NCBI RefSeq assembly: GCF_004010195.1
Contig: NC_057711.1
Coordinates: 81,357,366-81,421,365, forward strand
Origin: Chiloscyllium plagiosum
Lineage: Eukaryota
Length of the DNA: 64,000 nt
Direction of reading: 5' to 3'
Of the stretch, positions 53,901 to 64,000 are shown one piece after another. Positions within the stretch are counted from its first letter, which is position 1; every line of letters starts with the position of its first letter. The notes beneath the pieces are model-generated. The model ran no database searches. It had not been told where the DNA came from and saw only the letters and a list, made by a program, of their open reading frames with translations. A program made the translations under genes and the position numbers.

Positions 53901-54446
53901 TGGTGTGATCTCAAACTTCCATCACACCAAACAAAAATGACACTATCGGGCATCAGGTTATACTAATTTATAAAAGTAGAAGAAATTGGAAACAGTGGAG
54001 GTAAAGAAACTCAATCAGTTAAGGGAATGGCAGCTATCTTCGTAATATCAAAACTATCAGAAACAGAGAACCCAACATTTCTCTTGTCAAAAGATTTTTC
54101 TTCTAACTCAGGAATTAGGAGGACTTCTGAGACTGAAATTTTATTAGCAACAGCAAAATGCTAATAGCCAATCATGATGCAGTGTAAAACTCGATGAACT
54201 TCCTTGCCCTAAGTCTATTTGCTCCTTTCTTGCCAACTTCCTTTGGTTTTTCATCGCTATAATCCATACATTTTAAGAACTAATAGGGACACATCACTCA
54301 CACTGCAATCTCCTCTAAATCCATCTTCCAATCTAGAGCTGAAGACATTTGCAGAGGGAGGAAAGGCGATGTGCTGTATTCTATGTTCCTATAAGTAAAT
54401 TGTGAGACAACAGTTGATTAATTGGACAATCTAAAACATTATTGTA

Positions 54447-55416
54447 ATATTAAGGGCAGTAACTTGAACATCATCTCAATTCAGTTCTTTTGTCCATGTT
54501 AGAACCAAAGTTGTACTGAGGCCAGGAGCTTAGTGGTCTTGATGGAACATAACCTGAACATCAATGAATAGGTCATCAGTGTTTGAAAGCACCGTTGATC
54601 ACTCCTTTGCTGATGATGGTGAGTAGTCTGAAGAGATAGTAGTTAGCGGGGTTAGATATGTCTGCTTTTGTATACAGCACGTATCTGGGCACAGTTAGTA
54701 AATCTATCAACAAATGCATTCCTTAAACTGACAAGTCAAAAACAGTATAGAGAGACAGCATAAGCAATAAGTGATAGCCAGAGATAAGCACATCCGCAAA
54801 CAATTGAACAGTTCTAAATTTTGCAGTCCTGCCATGTCCATTCATGAGTGGTAGTGGATATCACCAGAGGAGGTGGTTCCACAATATCCCAATCCTCAAT
54901 GATGGGAGAGTCCAACAAAAGTGTGAAAAAAAAGCATTTGTGACAAACTTCAGCCAGAAGTGCCAAGTGCATGATCCATCTTGACCTGCTTTGAGGTCCC
55001 CAGGATCACAAATGCAAGCCTTCTAACAATTTGATTCATTCCATATAATATCAAGAAGGCACTGGACACTGCAAAAGCTATGGGCTGTGAAAATACTTCA
55101 GCAGCAGCATTGAAGACATGTGCTCCAGCCAGTCTGTTTCTCTAGCCAGTCTGTTTCAGTACAGTTATAACACTGGCATCTTCCTGGCAATGTCAAGGAT
55201 TGCCCAGATGTGTGCTGTACACAAAAGCAGATATATCTAACCCCGCTAACTACTACTTCTTCAGACTACTCACCATCATCAGCAAAGGAGTGATCAACAG
55301 TGCTTTCAAACACTGATGACCTATTCATTGATGTTCAGGTTATGTTCCATCAAGACCACTAAGCTCATGGCCTCAGTACAACTTTGACATGATGTTCGAG
55401 TTACTGCCTTTAATAT
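54447..55416. repeat. long inverted repeat (arms 54447-54691 and 55201-55416)
   Basis: Arms are near-perfect reverse complements apart from a ~30-bp indel and scattered substitutions. Confidence 0.9.
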
Positions 55417-56370
55417 GAAGGACACATTTCACAGTGTGAAATCATAGAGTCAATGGGGATGAGGGAGTAAAATCTCTGCTCATTGGAGTCATATCTAGCA
55501 CAAAAGAAGATGATTGTGCTTGTTGGTGGTTAATCATCTCAAACCCAAGACATCCCTGCGGGAGTTCCTGAGGGTAAGGTTCTAGGCCAGCCTTCAGATG
55601 CTTCATTGTGAAGTCAGAAGAGGGCATGTTTATTGATGAGTGCACAACATTCAGCACAGTTTATGACCTTTCAGATATTGAAGCAGTCCATGTCCAAATG
55701 CAGCTAGATCTGGACAATATCAAAGCTTGAGCTGATGAGTGGCACATCACAAGAGATCCAGTCAATGATCACAGCCACTTAACCCCCGTTAACATTCAAT
55801 GGTAATATCATCTCTGAATCCACTAATGTCAACATTCTGAGGTTTACCATTGAGCAGATACTGAACTAGACAATCCATTTAAATATTGTGGATACAATTG
55901 AGGCTCAGACGCTGGGATTCCTGCTGTGGGTAACTCACATCCTGACTCTCCAAAGCCTGACCACCATCATAAGGCTCAAGTCAGGAAGGTAATGGAATGC
56001 TCATCACTTTTCTAAATGAACGTAGCTCCAACAATACTCAATAATCTGACACCATCCAGGACAAAGTAGCTCACTTCATTGGCACCACATCTGCAAACAT
56101 TAACACTCTCCAGAAAATAGTAGCAACAGTGTGTACTACCACCATCATTGTAAATTAATCTCCAAGACATTCAGCATCCTGACTTGGAAATATATCATTC
56201 CTTCTGTGTCGCTAGTTTAAAAACCTGGAATTCCCTCCCTATAATCACTTTGCGTAGACCTACAACAAATGGGCTGCAAGAGTTCAAGATGACAGCTCAC
56301 CCCACCACCTTTTAAGGGGAATTTAATGATGGGCATTAAATGTTTTCCTTAGCCAAAAAAGCCCATTTAA
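54860..56370 (+). mobile_element. decayed CR1-like LINE
   Basis: LDTAKAMG, Q.DLDNIKA motifs and tail; same family as 48890-51210. Confidence 0.75.
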
Positions 56371-57361
56371 AGAGAAGCTCTCAATCTATGTGCTGAAAAC
56401 TTCGAAAAACATTTAGACCATTAATACAGGAATTTCCTTGGACCAATGTGCAGCTTAAGAGTCAATGAACTGGCTGGGTTGCCCAGTTTTGGAATTGTAA
56501 ACCAGAAAATTGAAACAGCCTATGTTATACCTCTGCCCAAGCAGTTTTCCATATAACAGCTTAATTTTAACCTGAGCGAGTTTAACACGTGCTATAGGAG
56601 ATGGTCTATATTTATAATAGCAACATAGTGGATTATGGTGATGTTCAAAAGTGACATGAAATGTATTTTAACACAAGACTGCTACCTTTAGTTACCTGGA
56701 AAAGATAGTGAATATCTAACAAAGTCAAGCATTACCTCCTAGCTGACAAAGAAAACTGTGAATTTACAACAACTGTGAAGTATTATCGTCTGAGATGTTT
56801 ATATTTATTCAAGACAATAATTAATTTCTTGAGCCATAAGTTTTAGAATGACTAAAGCCTATTGACAGAGGTACCACCAATTCATAATCTCAGTTTGTAG
56901 CTGTTTCCTTGTAACCTTGCTAGCTGTGCCTTACAAATGTGCTACAAGGAGAAGTCTGTTAATAAATAGGACCCAGCTATGATCCAATCAGCGTAACAAT
57001 TTTATTTTACATCCAAAGCAGCTGTGTGATTGGTAGTTGACAGTTTATTAAGGGTATCTACTCAATCGGCAAGAAATGAAAAAATAATTTGTTCAAAATA
57101 ACCTTTAGGCGACCTCGCAGGCTACAGGAATCTTGAAAGCACCATCCCCATTACCTGTCAAGCCTGTGCAGACAGTTATTTTCCCCTACAGTAGTACCAG
57201 GCTGCTGTTGAACAGGGTAATAAACACCTACTGAGTGGGATGTAGCGTGAAAAGATCTCATCACCTGCCATTAACACGCTAATGAATAATTCAGCAAGGA
57301 CTGTCGTATCTGTCTGAAAAGCTCGCGTCTAACCACTCTGCTGTGTGCAGCCTTGCACCAA

Positions 57362-60152
57362 TCTTTTTTATTTCTAAGATATGCTTTATTCATAAAAATA
57401 AATTTATATACACAGTCACTAAAACAGTTCAGTTCTGAACAATTGTATATGAGCGAGCAAACAAACATTGGAGATTGTTCTCCATCCAACAAATAAACCA
57501 AAAGCATTTTTTTACTTGTACAAGACAAAATTTACATATATTTGAGTCACTGGACAGGGGTGGGGTGGGGTGGGGGAATCCAATAACTGAACAAATCCCC
57601 ATTTAACTTTGGCAGAAAGACTTTAAGGGGTGGTCTTTCCCCACTGTGCCTTGGCAGCAGCTGCCCCAAGTTTTAATGCATCCTTCAGACTTAGTCCTGG
57701 ACCTGAGATAGTGCCAACTCCTTGCTCTGGAAGGCCTGCAAGTTTTGGGCAGACCAAAGAATGTTTTTCACTGAATCGATGGTCCTCCAGACACAGTTGA
57801 TGTTTGCCCCGGTGTACGTTCCAGGGAACTGACTGTGGAGAACAGAGCACAGTGTGACAGAGCTGCTTGGGACAAACCTCAAGAAAAACCATTGCATCTT
57901 TCTGCAGACTTCCTTTGCAAAGGCAGATTCCAAAAGGACATGTGTGACAGTCTCTACGAACGCACCCCCCCGACCCCCCACCGCCCCCACCACACCACCA
58001 CACACATCTTACAGCCACTTCGATGGCAGTGTATGGTGGAGAAAACATGAATGATCTCACAGGTAGTGCCCTTCTCACCATCAGCCAAGCAATATCTTGG
58101 TGCTTATTGGAAAGTTCTGGTGATGAGGCATCATTCTGCCAAATGACATCGACAGTCTGCTCAGAGAACAACCCAATAGGATCCACCATCTCCTTTTTCT
58201 GCAAGGACCCATATGCTGACCACTTCCTGATGGATTTGTGATCACAGGTGTTTTTTTTCTTTGCAAACTTCTCCACGAAGGACAGGTAATATGGAACAGT
58301 CTAACTACTTGGAGTGTTCTGTAGCAATGAGGCCAGTCCCACCCTTCACAAAACTGGGGACAAGTATAAACTCAGTACATAGTGACGTTTAGTGTTTGAG
58401 TACCAATGATCTACGCACAGCTTAATGCAGCCATGCGCAAAGGTGGCCATTGGAATGAGGGTAGCATTGATTGCATTCTTCCCACCCAACCCTCACCACC
58501 CCCCACCCCTCCACCTTATTCAGAGTATTGTAGCTGGTGTCCCTGCAGACTCGTCCATCATCGACCTCCAGATGAAGTGGAAGGTGGCTTAGTTGACTGC
58601 AACAGAGCAGGCTTGGGAAATGGGTCAGACCTGCGCCACATACAGCAACAGAGAGAGTGCCTCACACCTGATGGCTAAGCTTTTGCCCACAATGGAGAGG
58701 GAGTAGTGCTCCTAATGGAGCATCAGATCACCTTGCAATGTGCTTCTCCCTAGTTTTTATGCACTCCTTGGCCCCTCCGAACCATTTTCCAAACACCTTC
58801 AGGTAGTCTGTCCTGATGATGAAGAGGATAAAGGATCAGTTGGCTCAGTTCCTAAAGCACATGGTCTCAGTCTTGCCTTGATTTACCTTGGCTCCTGAGG
58901 CCAGCTTGAACTGGTCACAGATGCTCATGAGTCTCTGCATTGATAGGAAATCTGATCAGAACACAGCAATGTAATCCATGTGCAGGAAGGTTTCAACTTG
59001 CAGGGCTCTGCTGCCTGAAACAGTCACCTCTCTCAGGCTTGCATCCTTCCTGATGGACTCAGCAAAAGGGTCTGCACAGCACACAAACAAGAGGGAGGAG
59101 AATGTGCAGCCCTGCCTGACTGTGGATCTGATCAGGAGGCTTTCTGATTCCTGCCCATTAATTAAGACTGCACTAACAATGGTACAGAGCAGTCATAGAG
59201 TCATAGAGATGTACAGCATGGAAACAGACCCTTTGGTCCAACCTGTCCATGCCGACCAGATATCCCAGCCCATCTAGTCCCACCTGCCAGCACCCGGCCC
59301 ATATCCCTCCAAACTCTTCCTATTCATGTACCCATCCAACTGCCTCTTAAATGTTGCAATTGTACCAGCCTCCACCCCTTCCTCTGGCAGTTCATTCCAT
59401 ACACGTACCACCCTCTGTGTGAAAAAGTTGCCCTGAGGTCTCTTTTATATCTTTCCCCTCTCACTCTAAACCTATGACCTCTAGTTCTGGAATCCCGATC
59501 CCAGGGAAAAAACTTTGTCTATTTACCCTATCCATGCCCCTTATAATTTTGTAAATCTCTATAAGGCCACCCCTCAGCCTCCGACGCTCCAAGGAAAACA
59601 GCCCCAGCCTGTTCAGCCTCTCCCTTCAGCTCAAATCCTCCAACCTTGGCAACATCCCTATAAATCTTTTCTGAACCCTTTCAAGTTTCACAACATCTTT
59701 CCGATAGGAAGGAGACCAGAATTGCACGCAATATTCCAACAGTGGCCAACCAATGTCCTATACAGCTGCAACATGACCTCCCACCTCCTGTACTCAATAC
59801 TCTAACCAATTACCAATTACCTTCTTCACTATCCTATCTACCTGAGACTCCACTTTCAAGGAGCCATGAACCTGCACTCCAAGGTCTCTTTGTTCAGCAA
59901 CACTCCCTAGGACCTTACCATTTCATGTATACGTCCTGGTAAGATTTGCTTTCCCAAAATGCAGCACCTCGCATTTATCTGAATTAAGCTCCACCTGCCA
60001 CTTCTCAGCCCATTGGCCCATCTGGTCAAGATCCTGTTGTAATCTGAGGTAACCCACTTCTCTGTCCACTACATCTCCAATTTTGGTCCAGTTGTGGATT
60101 TTCTCCCCAAAGTTCATGTTGGAGAGCACATCCCACATGTAGGTGTGTGACT
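57362..60152 (-). mobile_element. Tx1/L1-like LINE, decayed, with nested CR1
   Basis: C-terminal zf-RVT-like HQDIAWLMVRRALPVR...ETVTHVLLESAFAKEVC; RT remnants 58860-59170; AATAAA and A-rich end at ~57362-57390. Confidence 0.8.
59191..60087 (-). mobile_element. CR1 (HER1-like) LINE, 5'-truncated
   Basis: TKIGDVVD...LQQDLDQMGQWAEKWQ; (TCATAGAG)n tail. Confidence 0.95.
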
Positions 60153-60709
60153 AACATCCACAATACAAGTTGATAGCTGTGTGTTTCGATGATGGAGCAG
60201 ATGATTTTACTGCAGGATAACTGGCTTTACCACACCGATTCACTCTGATGAATACACTCATGTAAAGTTTCTGACCCAATAAGCATTGATGGCACAGCCT
60301 CCTGATTCAGCCCTGAAGATTCTCAATATTATTCATGAAATATGAGTTTTGATGTGCCTTGCGTCCGCCTCCAGGCTGGCTGTCTAGCAGTTATTCATTA
60401 TTATTGTCGTGCTTTCCTTTTCGAGGACTGGGATAGAAAGGGTGTTAGCAAGAGAAGTTCTGTGAGGCTGATTTTTAACATGGCTTAAATCGGTAATAGT
60501 GGAGCTCAAATCACAGTAGTGACCTTAATAGCCTGCCACTAACATATCTGTGGGACCTTCCGGTAAGCAGCCAAGCATCAACATGGAGCAAGTGGAAGCT
60601 CCATTGATATTTGCACGTCTGAGAAGAGTATTAAATGCACTCTACCTACATGTGTTTGTGTGTATGCACCTGTGTGCAAGAGTGCTCTTTTGACTTTAGA
60701 AATCATGTT

Positions 60710-62470
60710 AGAATGAAACATAGAAACAGAAAATAGAGACAGGAGCAGGTCATTTGGCCTGTTAATTAAGTTTGCTCCACCATTCAATATGATCATGGCT
60801 GATCATCCTACTCAATACCCTGTTCCCACTTTTGCTACATTGGATCCTTTTAGCCCTAAGAACTATATCTAACTCCTCCTTGAAAACATTCAATGTTTTG
60901 GCCTCAGCTGCTTTCTGTGGCAGAGAATTCCACATGCTGACCATTCTCTGAGTGAAGATATTCCTCCTCATCTTAATCATTTATATAAATGATTTGTGTG
61001 TGAATATCAGAGACATGATTAGCAAGTTTGCAGATGACACCAAAATTGGTGGTGTAGTGAAGGAAGTTACCCCAGAATACAACAGAACCTTGATCAGATG
61101 GGCCAAAGGGCTGAGGAGTAGCAGGTGGAGTTTAATTTAGATAAATGTGAGGTGCTGCATTTTGGAAAGGCAAATCAGGGCAGGGCTTATACACTTAATG
61201 GTAAGATCCTAGGGAATGTTGCTAAACAAAGAGAACTTTGATACAGGTTCCTACTACCTTGGGAATGGAGTCGCAGATAGGCAGGATAGTGAAGAAAGCA
61301 TTTGGTATGCTTTCTTTTATTGGTCAGAACATTGCATATAGGTATTGAGAGGTCATGTTGCGACTGTACAGGACATTAGGCCACTTTAGAGTACTGTGTT
61401 CAGTTCTGGTCTTCCTGCTATTGGAAAGATGTTGTGAAACTTGAAAGGCTTCAGAAAAGATTTACAATGATGTTGCCAGGTTTGGAGGATTTGAGCTATA
61501 GGGAGAGGTTGAATAGGCTGGGGCTGTTTTCCCAGAGCGTTGGAGGCTGAGGGGTGACCTTATAGAGGTTTATAAAATCATGAGGGGCATGGATAGGGTA
61601 AATAGGCAAGATCTTTTTCCCAGGGTATAGGACTCCAAAACTAGAGGGCATAGGAAGGTGAAAAGGGAAAGACTTAATACAGACCTAAGAGGTAACTTTT
61701 TCATACAGTGTAGCGTGTATGTATATGCAATGAGTTGCCAGAGGAGAGAGTGGAAGTTAATATAATTACAACACTTAAAAAGCATCTGGATGAATATGTG
61801 AATAGAAAGAGTTTAGAGGGATATGGGCCAAATGCTGGCACATAGGACTGGATTAATTTTGAATATCTGGTCAGCATGGATGAGTTAGACCAAAGGGTCT
61901 GTTTCTGTCCTGTACAACTCTATGACTCTATGATTCTATATGGCTTATCCTTAAACTATGCCCCCTGGGTTTGGACTCCCCAATCATTGGGAACATCTGG
62001 CATTTTCCTTGCCTCATTCTGTTAGGATTTTAAAGGTTTCTATAAGATTCCCCCCTTCATTCTAAATTCTAGGGATCCAGTCTCTCTTCAAAAATCATTC
62101 CTGCCATCCCAGGAATCAGTCTGGTATACCCTTATTGCACTGCCTCCATATCCAGATTATTCATCCTCAAATAAAGAAACCAAACCTGCATGCAATATTT
62201 CAAGTGTGGTCTCACAAAGGCCCTACACAATTGCAGCACGATATCCGTTCTCCTGTTCTGGAATCCTCTCGCTATGAAGACCAACATACTATTTGCCTTC
62301 TTTACCGACTGCTTACGTTCAGTGCCTGATGTACAAGTACACCTAGGCCAGGTTGCACCACCCCTTTCCCAATCTATTGCCATTCAGACAATAATCCATT
62401 TTCTTGTTTTTGCTACCAAAGTGGATAATCTCACATTTATCCACATTATACTTCATCGACCATGCATTTG
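60710..62470 (-). mobile_element. CR1 fragment split by an opposite-strand CR1
   Basis: RNIFTQRMVSMWNSLP (60762-60980) resumes at ~61945 with VRPHLKYCMQVW. Confidence 0.8.
60976..61938 (+). mobile_element. CR1 (HER1-like) LINE, 5'-truncated
   Basis: IYINDL...SKFADDTKIGGVV through (ACTCTATG)n tail. Confidence 0.95.
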
Positions 62471-62943
62471 CCTAAAGCTTGTGCTGTTTGTGAATTAAAA
62501 CATGAAAAGCACCTCCAAGTGTTTAAAAATTGATGTTGTTGTTAGCTGAAAAGAAATAAAATATTCAAATAGTCCACTGTGCATTGAGGAATTCTCCATA
62601 TGTTCATTTTTAATGTTTAACCTGAGGACTTATTTAGAATGAGGAACATATAAATAAAATGAAGTATTTGGTGCTGACTGGTATTTTCAGAAGCATTTGT
62701 TTTTATTTCAACAGTTATTATGAGAGCAACTGATTATCAAAATTAAATACCAGGATACATTTTTAATCAACGTATTCAGGGATGTTATGACAAACCTTGG
62801 TACCAATCAGATTTGAACCCAGGTTTCCTGTCTCAGAGGAGTGTCACTGCACCACAAGGACCCTCAGATTACATTACCAAACCAAGGGAAGGCAGGTTCC
62901 AGTGATTGAGCTACTGATGACCAGTGGTAGAAGCTGGGGATGG

Positions 62944-63605
62944 TCATAGCATCATACAGCACGGAAACAGACACTTTGATCCAAACAGTCCATGCTAACC
63001 ATAATCCCAAACTAAACTAATCCCACCTGCCTTACTCATGTACTTATCATGTCTTTTAAATGTTGTAACTGTACCTGCATCCATGAACAATCTCTTAAAA
63101 AATTTGCCTGCCATGTCCCTCTAACACAAAACTTCCATTCCTGGCAACATCCTGATAATTCTTTCCAGAACCCTCTTCAACTTGAAAATATCCGAGCTAT
63201 AGCAGGGCAACCAGAACTGGACACTATACTACAGAAGGTGTCTCACCAATGTCCTGTACAACTTCAACATGACTTCCCAACTCCCATCCCGAAGGTCTGA
63301 GCAATGAATGCAAGCATGCTAAATGCTTTCTTAAACACCCCGTCCACCTGTGACGCAAACTTCAAAGAATTATATACCTGAAATCTGAAGTCTCTCTGAT
63401 CTATAACACATCCAAAGCCCTACTTTTAATTGTATAAATCCTGTGCTTGTTTGTTTTACCAAAATGCAATACCTTGCATTTATCCAAATTAAACTTTATA
63501 TGCTACTCCTTAACCCACTGACAAAATCAATCATGACTTCTTTATTATTTTAGATAACCTTCTTCATTGTCCATTATACCACCAATTTTGGTGCCACCAA
63601 CAAAC
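62944..63605 (-). mobile_element. CR1 fragment
   Basis: Same CR1 3' UTR and ORF2 remnants as the other copies, with an internal deletion. Confidence 0.85.
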
Positions 63606-64000
63606 ATGTGGAAGATCATGTGATAACATCTCCCAGATTATGGCCCACTAGATTTGGCAACACTATTCCATAGATCAGTCCATTGAGGCTTTAGCACCAA
63701 GGTGGTAGTAACAACACCCTGAGAGACATCAAGGCAGCAGCGCTAGGAGAGATACTTGTCTGTTTCATGTGACATGATTAATGGATGCCACAAACTAAAT
63801 CAACTTTCTGCAAGAGGTGAAAGTCACATGACTATGGTAAACCACCTGGTTTATGACATATGAATACACTTCTCCACATATCCCCAAAACAAACAAAAAA
63901 CAATGATCGACTACATTTTGCCTCTACAAGTACTCAGTATCCATGGTCAACAAAGAAAATTCTAATCAATTGACTTTTGTCAGTTTCTGCATCTATGTTG

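Noticed and set aside
1..64000. CRISPR arrays, operons or other prokaryotic systems
   Set aside because: No regularly spaced repeats and no gene-dense coding; the content is vertebrate retroelement-rich DNA

Overview
Eukaryotic, repeat-dense, non-genic or intronic DNA with three N-gaps. It is most likely from a cartilaginous fish (shark), inferred from HE1/V-SINE-type SINEs and HER1/CR1-type LINEs. No intact host gene is visible, and almost all ORFs in the track are fragments of decayed transposons: CR1, Penelope-like (RT plus GIY-YIG), Tx1/L1-like, Rex1/Babar, RTE, Gypsy-like LTR, PIF/Harbinger (transposase and Myb/SANT genes) and a Tigger-like MITE. Highlights: (1) an isolated, disrupted G-alpha-s (GNAS-like) exon-5 relic on the minus strand at 38277-38377 with an intact splice donor; (2) several minimal hammerhead-ribozyme cores in Penelope pseudo-LTRs, some inside short palindromic insertions with target-site duplications; (3) a near-identical inverted repeat pair with ~220-245 bp arms at 54447-55416; (4) a cluster of fossil Harbinger genes. 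Repeat boundaries were read by eye and are approximate; family names rest on recalled motifs, not database searches.
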